64,000 bases of DNA, from positions 1 through 64,000 of IMG/VR virus record IMGVR_UViG_2597490183_000004. The stretch is one strand, 5' to 3'. Below the pieces are notes generated by a model, which saw only the letters and a program-made list of their open reading frames with translations, made no database searches and was not told the origin of the DNA. The position numbers and the translations under genes are program-made. The DNA comes from a virus. Its lineage: Duplodnaviria; Caudoviricetes. Shown piece by piece: positions 36,957-45,698 of the stretch (its first letter is position 1; each line of letters begins with the position of its first letter).

Positions 36957-37235
36957 ATGAAGCCGCGACTCACCCACGAAGAGCACATCACCCTGGGGCT
37001 GCGCCTCGCCGCCATCCGGAATGAACTGCTGAGCCTGTCCGTCCAACTCGGCAACGCCTACCCGCGACAAGGTCCCGAAGCCGTTCCGGAGAAGAAGCTG
37101 GAGATCGCCTACCGGGCCCTTGACCAGGCGCGCAGTGAGCTGGAGAACGCCCTCTTCAGGGAGCACCCGAACGTCGCGGAGACGAACGTCTACTACCCGT
37201 CACAGGAAGACCGGGAGGCGCACCGGCGGCAGTGA
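36957..37235 (+). CDS. hypothetical protein
   Basis: ORF with upstream GAGGAG. Confidence 0.65.
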   Translation: MKPRLTHEEHITLGLRLAAIRNELLSLSVQLGNAYPRQGPEAVPEKKLEIAYRALDQARSELENALFREHPNVAETNVYYPSQEDREAHRRQ

Positions 37236-37245
37236 GACTGTCCGT

Positions 37246-37428
37246 TCACCGCACGACAAGGCCCCGGACTGTTTGGTCCGGGGCTTTGCGTTTGGCGCGG
37301 GCGATCCAGGCCCCGGTGGCGGAGCGGACGGGGCGGAGGGCCACGGTCACGGGCATGGCGGCCAGCAGCTCATCCAGGGCGTCCTGGCATTCCTGCTGGG
37401 TCTTGCCGTGGACCGTGAACCTCGCCAT
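37246..37428 (-). CDS. small hypothetical protein (leaderless candidate)
   Basis: CAGAAT -10 six bp before ATG 37428; hairpin 37261-37284 near its end. Confidence 0.55.
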   Translation of the reverse strand: MARFTVHGKTQQECQDALDELLAAMPVTVALRPVRSATGAWIARAKRKAPDQTVRGLVVR

Positions 37429-37480
37429 GAGGGCATTCTGCCGGGGGAGCGAGGGTGGCGAGGGCGGAACGGGTGAAGCG

Positions 37481-37747
37481 CTACGGGCAGTCGGGGCGCG
37501 TCCGTTCCCTGTCGGCCAGTCGGTCCGCTTCGTCGAGGAGTGCCCGCGCGGCCTCGTGCTTACCCTCGCCTGCGTACACCTCGGCCCGCTCCCGCAGAAT
37601 GTCCGCAACCTCGTACAGTGCCGTGCTCGCGGCATGGGTAGCGGCGATGTCGTAGTGCCGGTCGCCGGTCCAGCCGATCAGCGGGGCCGACGTGAGTGCG
37701 TCACGGACCTGCTCGGTCACGTCGTACAAGACAGTCGGGTCACTCAT
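37481..37747 (-). CDS. hypothetical protein
   Basis: GAGGAGG RBS, ATGA coupling. Confidence 0.6.
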   Translation of the reverse strand: MSDPTVLYDVTEQVRDALTSAPLIGWTGDRHYDIAATHAASTALYEVADILRERAEVYAGEGKHEAARALLDEADRLADRERTRPDCP

Positions 37748-38151
37748 GACCGCAAAGCCTCCTCGTATCCGGGGTGGTCGCTGTACGGGAGGGCGAGCAG
37801 GCGCAGCACCTCGTAAAGGGCGTCCCGCTTGTGGATGGCGGAAGATTCCTCAAGCTCGGCCATGATCGGATCCCATCCGCTGGTGCGCGCCTTCTGAACA
37901 AGACGTGCCGCCTCCTCCCGCGCACTGACAGTTGCGCTGTATGCCGCAAGGGCAGCGCGTTTCGCTTCGACTTCCCGCAGGGTGCGGGCCGGGTCATGGC
38001 GGGCTGCTTGGGTGCGTACATCGTCCGACAGGTCGGGCGCGTAGACCTCCAGGTCCTCGACGGTCCACGTCCCATCGCCTGCACAGGCCCGCGCCACCCG
38101 CTCATCGTCGTCGAGTCGGGCCTTCAGGAAGGCCAGCAAGGCGTCAGTCAT
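37744..38151 (-). CDS. DUF6221-like protein
   Basis: FLKARLDDDERVARA...RHDPARTLREVEAKR...LRLLALPYSDHPGY. Confidence 0.75.
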   Translation of the reverse strand: MTDALLAFLKARLDDDERVARACAGDGTWTVEDLEVYAPDLSDDVRTQAARHDPARTLREVEAKRAALAAYSATVSAREEAARLVQKARTSGWDPIMAELEESSAIHKRDALYEVLRLLALPYSDHPGYEEALRS

Positions 38152-38420
38152 GAGTCGTCTCCCTCGGGCTTCAGCTTGCCCACGGTCGGCGGGCGGAGGC
38201 GCTCGACTCCCTCGGCGCGGGCGATGCGCCGGAAGTACTCCGGGGTGAGGCCGGTGAGCTTCGCCAGCTGGCTGACGGTCGCCCCGGCCTTGAGGTCGGC
38301 TGCCGCTTGCTCCCGGACGGGGTCCTTGAGCTCGGCTTCGGCTTCGCGGGCGCGCTTGTAGCGGGCGTAGAGCCGGGTGGCTTCTTCGTCGGGGGCGTAG
38401 TCGGTGGCCATAGGGGTCAT
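38148..38420 (-). CDS. HTH regulator
   Basis: AGATVSQLAKLTGLTPEYFRRIAR. Confidence 0.75.
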   Translation of the reverse strand: MTPMATDYAPDEEATRLYARYKRAREAEAELKDPVREQAAADLKAGATVSQLAKLTGLTPEYFRRIARAEGVERLRPPTVGKLKPEGDDS

Positions 38421-38429
38421 GGTCCCACA

Positions 38430-38529
38430 TTTGTTGGCCACCGATAAGGCCACCCGGTTGCCCTAGCTAAAGAATCATGATGACCAACGAGTTGGCCTCT
38501 TGCATGGGCAACGTGTTGGCCTATATGTT
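38430..38529. promoter_or_regulatory. divergent promoters with CCAAC-N2-GTTGG operators
   Basis: GACCAACGAGTTGGCC 38482-38497 and GGGCAACGTGTTGGCC 38506-38521; TTGCAT-18 bp-TATGTT. Confidence 0.6.
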
Positions 38530-38571
38530 GGAGTCATCGCCAAGCCGCAGTACACCACCCAGGGGGCACTC

Positions 38572-39069
38572 ATGATCGACAACCTCGGCTTCCACACCGA
38601 CAACGACCTCCACGCCGAACTCGCCGACCTCGACCGCCGCATCAGGAACCTCGCCGCCCAGATCGACGGCGGCTACTTCCACAGCCCGGAAGCCGAGTGG
38701 AACACCTGGGCCCAGTACCAGAACCTCATGGCCGCCCGCCCCGAGCTCGCCGCCAAGGTCGCCGAGGCTGACGCCGACACCGACCGGCTCCTCAACGCGA
38801 TCCGCCTCGTCGGTGACGTCGAGCTCGGGTTCATCGCCTACGTCATCTACGGGCCCACCGTTCTGTCCGTGCCTCCGCTCCACGAGGTTCGCCTCATCGA
38901 GCGCGACGGCGGCTACACCGTCCCCGGAACTATCCGCCGCCGCGTGCCGGCCGACCAGGTCGCCGAGGTGGAGCGGGAGCTGCTGACCGCGGTCGCGGCC
39001 CCGAACGGGCACGCCCGCCTGTGGGGTCGCACGGTCCGCTCCTACCGCACCCAGGTCACCGCGTACTGA
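38572..39069 (+). CDS. hypothetical protein
   Basis: AGGGGG RBS, high GC3. Confidence 0.7.
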   Translation: MIDNLGFHTDNDLHAELADLDRRIRNLAAQIDGGYFHSPEAEWNTWAQYQNLMAARPELAAKVAEADADTDRLLNAIRLVGDVELGFIAYVIYGPTVLSVPPLHEVRLIERDGGYTVPGTIRRRVPADQVAEVERELLTAVAAPNGHARLWGRTVRSYRTQVTAY

Positions 39070-39135
39070 ACGGCCGCCCGGCCCCACGGGGCCGGGCCCC
39101 ACCGCCACCCGCGCAGCGCCACCCGAGGGGGACTC

Positions 39136-39474
39136 GTGATCGCCAGCAACCGCACCCGCCGCGCCACCTTGAAGGCCCGCCAGACCGCCAACCGGGCCGC
39201 CGCACGCATCCGCCGGCGCGGCACCGGCACCCTCGCCGCACACGCCATGGCCCAGGGCTTGTCCCACCGCGACGCCACCTCCGTCGCCGGCACCCTCCGG
39301 AAGCTCGCCGTCAAGCTCGGGATCATCGGAACCGCAGGACGTGCCCACGCCGGCCGCCACATGCGGAACTGCTCCCGCTACACCCGCACCCAGGTCGCGG
39401 TCATCGCCGCCAACTACAAGGCGCGCAAGCCCGCTTACCGGCTCGTCGCCGCCAAGCTTGCCCTCGCAGCCTGA
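39136..39474 (+). CDS. basic hypothetical protein
   Basis: GAGGGGG RBS. Confidence 0.7.
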   Translation: MIASNRTRRATLKARQTANRAAARIRRRGTGTLAAHAMAQGLSHRDATSVAGTLRKLAVKLGIIGTAGRAHAGRHMRNCSRYTRTQVAVIAANYKARKPAYRLVAAKLALAA

Positions 39475-39576
39475 CCCCCAAGCCGCCCGCCCGTAAGGGC
39501 CGGTGTTCGCCCGGAACCCGCCCCCACCCCCAGTGGGGGCGGGCCCGGTGCCCAACTTCTTCCACGGGAGGCCCTG

Positions 39577-39804
39577 ATGCTGAACCCGATGATCCGCTGG
39601 GAGCCCGGCGTCTTGGTCCGCTACCACGGGTCCCTGACCGCACTCCACGGCGTGTACGCAGCCCACCGGTGCGACTGCTACCAGCACGACGACCAGACCG
39701 GCACCGTCCGCTTCACCTTGAAAGACCAGGACGGCACGGTCGTGGCGCACTGCGTCCGACCCCGGTCCATCACCCCTGCCCTGTCTCCGGAAGGACCCCG
39801 ATGA
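39577..39804 (+). CDS. hypothetical protein
   Basis: GGAGG RBS. Confidence 0.65.
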   Translation: MLNPMIRWEPGVLVRYHGSLTALHGVYAAHRCDCYQHDDQTGTVRFTLKDQDGTVVAHCVRPRSITPALSPEGPR

Positions 39805-40412
39805 CCCGCCAGACTCCCGCCCCGCTTGTTCACCTCAGCCTGTCGTCCAGCGACCGGCAGGTCCGCGAGCTGGCCCGCAGCTTCCGTGAGACGTTCGGCC
39901 TCGACCTCCAGCCCCCGTACCAGCGCGGCCGGGTCTGGTCGGACGACCAGAAGGTCGCCCTGATCCGGTCGTGGCTCACCGGCACCCCCACCGGCGTTGT
40001 GATCTTCAACGACCGGGCCACCACCGAGTGGCAGGCGGCCAACGGCTACGACCCCACCGAACGCGGCGAGCCGATCTACGCGTGCATCGACGGGCAGCAG
40101 CGCATCAGCGCCGCGATCGACTGGTTCGAGGATCAGGTCGCCGTTCCCGCCTCGTGGTTCGACGCCGACGACGTGATCGCCACCGAGGACACCAACGACG
40201 GCCCCTACGTCCGCTGGAGCGGTCTGACCCTGCCCCGGCAGCGGCACTTCGCGAACCGCGCCCTGCTCACCGTGGCTACCGCCCACGTCGCCACGCTCCA
40301 GGAGGAGGCGGCCATCTACCTCCTCGTCAACGGTGGCGGCACCCCGCAGACGGACGCAAACATGGGCAACGCCGCCCGGATCGCCGGCCACCGGCCCGAG
40401 TCCACCCCGTGA
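39801..40412 (+). CDS. DUF262 (GmrS-like ParB/Srx fold) domain protein
   Basis: PPYQRGRVW, IDGQQR, LLVNGGGTP. Confidence 0.85.
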   Translation: MTRQTPAPLVHLSLSSSDRQVRELARSFRETFGLDLQPPYQRGRVWSDDQKVALIRSWLTGTPTGVVIFNDRATTEWQAANGYDPTERGEPIYACIDGQQRISAAIDWFEDQVAVPASWFDADDVIATEDTNDGPYVRWSGLTLPRQRHFANRALLTVATAHVATLQEEAAIYLLVNGGGTPQTDANMGNAARIAGHRPESTP

Positions 40413-40525
40413 CCGCGCCGCCTGCCCCGGCCCCGTTGCCGCCGTGGGAGGACACCGCACGCGAAGTAGCCCGCCGCGACCGCGAATGGTTCGAGCGGGA
40501 CTATGACAACGACAACGAGGAGTAG
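40409..40525 (+). CDS. 38-aa peptide
   Basis: GTGA overlap; its stop lies within the junction motif. Confidence 0.45.
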   Translation: MTAPPAPAPLPPWEDTAREVARRDREWFERDYDNDNEE

Positions 40526-40529
40526 ACCG

Positions 40530-40829
40530 ATGAGCATCCGACTCGCAGACCTGGACATCCACTGGACCGGGACCGACGACACCACCCCCGACGGGCACGT
40601 CCTCGCCCTCGGCATCGACACCCTCGGGCTCCTCCGGCTCTGCCTGTACGCAGGAGACACCCCGGCCGACGCCCAGTTCCGGGGCTCGCTCCTGATCCCG
40701 CCGGACGGCCACCAGCAGACGTTCCTGCCGACCCGGACGACCGCCTACGGGCCGGGCGGCGCATGGGTCACCAGCAGCGGTGACCAGACCAGCATGCTTG
40801 CCCGACTTGCCAACCTCGACCAGGAGTAG
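40530..40829 (+). CDS. hypothetical protein
   Basis: Starts in an AGGAGTAGACCGATG junction. Confidence 0.7.
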   Translation: MSIRLADLDIHWTGTDDTTPDGHVLALGIDTLGLLRLCLYAGDTPADAQFRGSLLIPPDGHQQTFLPTRTTAYGPGGAWVTSSGDQTSMLARLANLDQE

Positions 40830-40833
40830 ACCG

Positions 40834-41046
40834 ATGGCCACCAGGAAGCCCCGGAAGCCGTGGCGCGTCATCATCACCGGCCCGGACGTGAAGGCCACCT
40901 CCGACCACACCAGCGAAGCCAAGGCCTACGAACTGGTGCGCGCCGCGCTTGGCGGTGACAGCCCCGCCGAACAGGCCCGCGTCGAGTTCTGGGCGAGCGG
41001 TGAGTGGCGGTGGTTCGAGACCGTCAACGCCGACGAAATCCCCTGA
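40834..41046 (+). CDS. hypothetical protein
   Basis: Starts in an AGGAGTAGACCGATG junction. Confidence 0.7.
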   Translation: MATRKPRKPWRVIITGPDVKATSDHTSEAKAYELVRAALGGDSPAEQARVEFWASGEWRWFETVNADEIP

Positions 41047-41071
41047 CTGCCCCAACGACGAGGAGTAGACC

Positions 41072-41305
41072 ATGCGGACTGCAGACTTCTTTGCCCGGCA
41101 GATCACCCAGGAAGAGGAGATCTTCGCCAGCGACGCACGAAGCGCCGCCGACCTCATGAACCGCATCGCCGACGAACCGAACTCGACAGTGGTCAGCGGC
41201 GACATCGCCCGCCTGATCCAGCAGGCCGCTGAACTCCACCGACGCGCCGCCAAGATCGCGGCCTGGCGCGAGGCGCACAGTCTCATGAACGCCCCCGCCA
41301 CCTGA
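41072..41305 (+). CDS. hypothetical protein
   Basis: Starts in an AGGAGTAGACCATG junction. Confidence 0.7.
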   Translation: MRTADFFARQITQEEEIFASDARSAADLMNRIADEPNSTVVSGDIARLIQQAAELHRRAAKIAAWREAHSLMNAPAT

Positions 41306-41358
41306 CCGCTCCTGGGCTGCTGTGTACGGCACGGCGGCCCACAACCCGAAGGAGAACC

Positions 41359-41610
41359 ATGCTCGCCGTCTCGGAACGCGTCACCGGCCTCAACGGCGCC
41401 CCCGACCAGACCATCTGGCACAAGCCCGTCGGTCGCATCGTCGACGAGTGGCAGAACATCGCCTGCAGTGCCGAGGAGGGAATCCTCAGCCCCAGGGCCA
41501 AGGAAGACGTACCGATCCGCCTGGACCGGGAGAACGAGGCGTGGTGCCCCGACTGCCTCAACCTCCACCGGCAGCAGCGGCGGGCCACCACCCAGGAGCC
41601 CCCGCGATGA
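41359..41610 (+). CDS. hypothetical protein with Cys motif
   Basis: GAAGGAG RBS. Confidence 0.65.
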   Translation: MLAVSERVTGLNGAPDQTIWHKPVGRIVDEWQNIACSAEEGILSPRAKEDVPIRLDRENEAWCPDCLNLHRQQRRATTQEPPR

Positions 41611-41789
41611 TCCAGCCCGGACAGACCCCCGACCCGTGGGGCCTCAAGTGCACCTGCGAGGCAGGCAACCGCTTCGCCACCCTCCACAACGGGCAGTGCG
41701 ACCTCTTCCAGAAGTTCCCGCCGCCCAAGGCGCCCACCACCCGCGACGGGGCACCCCGCCGCACCGGATACGTCCTGGAGGACACGTGA
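41607..41789 (+). CDS. small Cys/His protein
   Basis: AGGAG RBS, ATGA overlap. Confidence 0.55.
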   Translation: MIQPGQTPDPWGLKCTCEAGNRFATLHNGQCDLFQKFPPPKAPTTRDGAPRRTGYVLEDT

Positions 41790-41938
41790 GCGAGACCCGC
41801 TACGCCACCACGATCACCGTCACCGCCGTCAACCTCACCGAGTATGAGCTCGACCTCCTGCGCCAGCACATCGAGGACGCAGCCGCCGCCTACAAGGGCG
41901 ACGTCACCGTCGACAGCCGGGATTACCCCGTCGACTAG
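41786..41938 (+). CDS. small hypothetical protein
   Basis: GGAGGA RBS; followed by a hairpin at 41954-41982. Confidence 0.6.
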   Translation: MSETRYATTITVTAVNLTEYELDLLRQHIEDAAAAYKGDVTVDSRDYPVD

Positions 41939-42039
41939 CACCACCCCCACCCTGGGCCCGCCCTGAACCATCAGGCGGGCCCGAGGCGTTGTGCCACAGC
42001 GGTCGGCGGGAACACTGCAGGAAGACCACGGAGGTGACC

Positions 42040-42204
42040 ATGCCAGGCCGACGACACACCGGATTCCGCAGCCGAGCTCAGTGGCGCTACTTCTTCGCCA
42101 ATCCACGGCTCCGCCGATACGCCCGCCAGAAAGCCCACGCCACCAAGGGTGGAAAGATCACCCGCTACCGGCGGCTCCCCGCCCGCAAAGGCCGCCGCCG
42201 CTAA
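42040..42204 (+). CDS. 54-aa extremely Arg/Lys-rich protein
   Basis: GGAGGTG RBS; stop overlaps the portal stop. Confidence 0.6.
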   Translation: MPGRRHTGFRSRAQWRYFFANPRLRRYARQKAHATKGGKITRYRRLPARKGRRR

Positions 42205-43892
42205 GCCGCCAACGTCGGCCGCGAGCCCCCGCCCACCGGCTCCTCGTCGAGCTCCTCGCCCTGGCCCTCATCGAAGCCCGGCTCAACATCGTCGTCCGGC
42301 TGCTCCTCGTTCGGATCTACGTCGCGAGTGTTGAACGGATCCCCGGCCGGCGTCTCCTGCGTCTTGTCGTCCCGGATACGCCGCACCTCCTCCATCACCT
42401 CGGCGTGATCCCAGGCCGGCTCCCGCATCTTCACCTTCATGTACGTGCTGATCGCCCCAGCCGACTCCAGCAGCGACAGGGTGCGCGCGGTGGCCTCCGG
42501 GTCCGGCTGTACCGCCTGCGGCCACGACGCCGTCAACTCCGCCGCCGGGTCCACGCCCTTCGCCCCGCAGTGCTTCACGTCGACCCACATCATCGTCGTC
42601 AGCACCTCCAGCAACGCCGGGCGCTGGTAGAGGATCTTCAAGCCGCGGGTCGTCAGCGACTCCTCCTTGCGGGCCGCGACCTCCGTAGCGGTCACCGCGA
42701 CCGTGCCCTGCTCGCCGAACGACTGAGCCGAGTAGCCGGCCGAGGAGAGGATCTGCCGACGCAGCTCCTTCGTCGTCCGCTCGTGCTCCTCGACTCGGAT
42801 CTTGAACTGGATGTCGGTGATCGAGTCCTTCATCGTCTCCGCACCCAGCAACCCGGACAGGGCCACAATCAGTTCCCTGTCCAGGTCGAACGTGCCGCCC
42901 GTTCCTGGCCCGTCGGTGTCCAGCATGGACTGCGGCACCACGACCTTCGCCTTGCCGAGTCGCAGGTCCCGCATCCACGACGACCACGACTCGTCCAGGG
43001 CGTCCATCATCGGCTCGATGCCTGCATAGTCGGAGCGCCCCAGCGGTGCCGTGTCCGGCACTCCGTCCCAGATTCTGTTGGGCAACACGTTCGGCATGTG
43101 CGTGATCAGCAGGCGGTCGACGCCCGTTGCCTGCCGGCCGTGGTCGTCGGTGCGCTTCACCAAGAACTCGGTCTCGTGATGATCGTCGAACCCCATGAGC
43201 ATGCCCAGGGTGCTGTTGTCGCCTCGGTACACCCCGTACTCGATGGACCCCGGGGTGTGGTACTCCAGCAGCCGCCACACATCCCCGCCCTCCGTGAGCG
43301 GCTCCAGCTCCCGCCACACCGTCGCCGCAGCGAGCATGCCCCACCGCCACTCCGGCACCACCCCCGTTGCCGGGATGACGTCCAGCCACGGGCGCGTCCG
43401 GAGCGACTTGTCCCACACCACCCGCAGGTACACGTTCGACAACCCGGCGGCCAGCTCGGCGGCCTCCCGGAACTTTGCGTGTCCCCGGTCATCGAGGTAC
43501 CGGCCGATCTGCGCCTGCGTCGACTCCGCCGTCGCCTTGTCCGTGGAGTCCACGTCGACCGTCACCTGCGGCACCTCAGCCCACAGCAGGTTCGCGGACA
43601 TCTCCGCAATGTCCCCTCCGATCGGCACATGCAACTTCGCCGCCTGCTGTCCCGGCGACGGATCCTGACCCCAGAACATCCGCAGCTCATCACCGCCCAC
43701 CGCCCGCCGCCGGTCCAGGTCGAAGAAAGCGCGCGCCACACCGTTCCGCGTGTACGCGGCCGGCCCGCCGTACACCTGAGCCAAATGCCCGGTGTCACCC
43801 GCGTACCAGGCCCGCCACATGTCCATGTCGGCATGCGGAATCTCCAAGCGAGGCGGCGGCCACGAGGTGTTCCCAGACGGAGGCAGCGGCAT
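42201..43892 (-). CDS. phage portal protein (SPP1/A118-like)
   Basis: LGRSDYAG, DESWSSWMRD, FKIRVEEH, SAGYSAQSFG; follows terL. Confidence 0.88.
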   Translation of the reverse strand: MPLPPSGNTSWPPPRLEIPHADMDMWRAWYAGDTGHLAQVYGGPAAYTRNGVARAFFDLDRRRAVGGDELRMFWGQDPSPGQQAAKLHVPIGGDIAEMSANLLWAEVPQVTVDVDSTDKATAESTQAQIGRYLDDRGHAKFREAAELAAGLSNVYLRVVWDKSLRTRPWLDVIPATGVVPEWRWGMLAAATVWRELEPLTEGGDVWRLLEYHTPGSIEYGVYRGDNSTLGMLMGFDDHHETEFLVKRTDDHGRQATGVDRLLITHMPNVLPNRIWDGVPDTAPLGRSDYAGIEPMMDALDESWSSWMRDLRLGKAKVVVPQSMLDTDGPGTGGTFDLDRELIVALSGLLGAETMKDSITDIQFKIRVEEHERTTKELRRQILSSAGYSAQSFGEQGTVAVTATEVAARKEESLTTRGLKILYQRPALLEVLTTMMWVDVKHCGAKGVDPAAELTASWPQAVQPDPEATARTLSLLESAGAISTYMKVKMREPAWDHAEVMEEVRRIRDDKTQETPAGDPFNTRDVDPNEEQPDDDVEPGFDEGQGEELDEEPVGGGSRPTLAA

Positions 43893-43907
43893 GACGAGTC
43901 CTTTCGG

Positions 43908-45158
43908 TCAGGCGGCCAGGGCGAGCTGGCGCTGCCACAGGGCACGAGTAGTGAAGATCGCGTAGCGGAGGGCGTCGACGCCATGGTCGGCAACCTTGAT
44001 GGGGCGCTCCTCGCCGCGGAGGGCGGCCTTGTCGTCCCAGGAGTAGCCGCCGATCTCGGTGATGAGGTCCTTGCAGGAGGCGTGCACGAGCAGCCGGTTG
44101 GCGGCAAGCAGGGAGGAGACGGTGCGAATGCCGTCCATGACGTCGTTCTTCGCCGCGGTCGGCGTCATCCGGTCCCGGCGCAACTGGGCGCTGAAGCTTG
44201 CCGCGGACGGGTCGACGGTCACGAACTGCGGGCGCACCGGGCCGATCCCCGGCACGTCCATGAGCCACGCCCGCATCCGCTGCGAGTATTCGGCGTCGGT
44301 GAGCTGCTTCTTCGTCTGCCGCGCCTCATACCGCCACTCCGCGGCGGCGTAGAGCCGGCGGTCCCGGCCGAGGCCGAGGAGCACAGCGTGGAACGGGTTG
44401 CTCGTTCCGTAGTCCACACCCAGGCTGATCCACCGGTGGATGCCCTCGCGGGGCAGGGCGGTGACGATGTGGCGTTGACGGTCCCACGAGTCGTAGATGG
44501 CGCCCTCGGCGGCCACCCACTCGCCGAGGATGAACCGGCGGTAGAACAGACCCTCGTGAGAGGCCTTCATGTCGGCGACGTACTCGGGATCCAAGAAGGG
44601 GTTGTCGTCGATCGTGAACGAGAACCGCCTCACCGGCTTCGTTCCGACGTGGGCCAGCCAGTCCCGCATGAACCAGTGCGCCGGGTTGTCGGGGTTCGTC
44701 GTGCAGAACAGCTGGGCGCCGTGCACGGACATGCGGCCGTAGAGCTGCTCGAAGAAGATCTGCGGCACCAGCGTCACTTCGTCGACGTAGGCCCCGCACA
44801 CCGTCATACCGCGGATCTTCGGCTCCGACTTGGCATCGTTGGCGCCGATGACGTGTACAACTCGGCCAAGGATCCTGGCTGTCGGCGCGCCTGGGGTGTA
44901 GTGGATGTGGTGGGCGATCTCCCCGAACAGGGCAGGGTCCTGCATGGGCAGGAACAGGTTCCTATGGATCGTCTGCGACGTCTTGCCGATCATGACGAGT
45001 TCACCCGTCGACGGCGCATTCGCCACGAATATCAACCACTTCAGCAGCGAAGCGATCGTCTTCCCCGACCGAATGGCACCCTCCCAGCACGAGATCTTCG
45101 TCGTCGACTCAGCGACCGACCTGATCTGCTTCCGCGACAACGGGAGGGTGTCCAACAT
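43908..45158 (-). CDS. terL: terminase large subunit (PBSX-like)
   Basis: EGAIRSGKT, AYVDE, TTNPD, GVDYG, DHGVDALRY. Confidence 0.95.
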   Translation of the reverse strand: MLDTLPLSRKQIRSVAESTTKISCWEGAIRSGKTIASLLKWLIFVANAPSTGELVMIGKTSQTIHRNLFLPMQDPALFGEIAHHIHYTPGAPTARILGRVVHVIGANDAKSEPKIRGMTVCGAYVDEVTLVPQIFFEQLYGRMSVHGAQLFCTTNPDNPAHWFMRDWLAHVGTKPVRRFSFTIDDNPFLDPEYVADMKASHEGLFYRRFILGEWVAAEGAIYDSWDRQRHIVTALPREGIHRWISLGVDYGTSNPFHAVLLGLGRDRRLYAAAEWRYEARQTKKQLTDAEYSQRMRAWLMDVPGIGPVRPQFVTVDPSAASFSAQLRRDRMTPTAAKNDVMDGIRTVSSLLAANRLLVHASCKDLITEIGGYSWDDKAALRGEERPIKVADHGVDALRYAIFTTRALWQRQLALAA

Positions 45159-45161
45159 CGG

Positions 45162-45698
45162 CTACGCCCGGTCCGTGGACTCGGCCTCAGCCTCGGCGTC
45201 CTGCTCGTCCATCTCCTGCGAGTACGCAGACAGCAGGGTCCCCAGATTCCCCAGCATCGACTTCGCCCCGTCCAGGTTCGACGCAGCCTCAGCCGGCGCC
45301 AGCTTCAATGACCGGTCCGTCGCCGCACCCGCAGCGGCAACCAGAGCCCGCCGCTCCGCGGCCGGCGCCTCGTCGAAGGTGTGCTCGGCGAAGGTGTTCA
45401 TCGACCCGCCGAACGCGTACACCGTCGTCGGCTTGTGAATCCGGTCCAGGGAATCTTCGGCAACCTCGGTGAACTGGACGGCGAGAAGGCTGCGCCGCTC
45501 AGCTAGGTCAGCGAGACGCGCAGTGGTGGCAGCCTGAATTCTCGACCGGTCGAAGGACACGCCGAGATGCTCTGCGGTACGCGACACGACCGCCGCGGTG
45601 AGCCCCATCTTGCGGCAGATCGCGTTGCGGCCGAGCCCTTGCGTGTGGAGTTCGAGGAACTCCTCGAACTTGTCCTCGCCCATGGTCCCGTGAGGCAT
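45162..45698 (-). CDS. terS: terminase small subunit (HTH)
   Basis: LHTQGLGRNAICRKMG HTH; immediately upstream of terL. Confidence 0.7.
   Translation of the reverse strand: MPHGTMGEDKFEEFLELHTQGLGRNAICRKMGLTAAVVSRTAEHLGVSFDRSRIQAATTARLADLAERRSLLAVQFTEVAEDSLDRIHKPTTVYAFGGSMNTFAEHTFDEAPAAERRALVAAAGAATDRSLKLAPAEAASNLDGAKSMLGNLGTLLSAYSQEMDEQDAEAEAESTDRA

Noticed and set aside
34974-37166. 730-aa minus-strand ORF
   Set aside because: Shadow of four plus-strand genes that have RBSs and motifs
40518-41074. Repeats with unique spacers as a possible CRISPR or integron array
   Set aside because: Repeats are only 14-15 bp, spacers are 200-300 bp genes, and there is no cas gene, attC structure or integron integrase
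41991-45311. 1106-aa plus-strand ORF
   Set aside because: Antisense shadow of portal and terL, typical of high-GC DNA; no motifs
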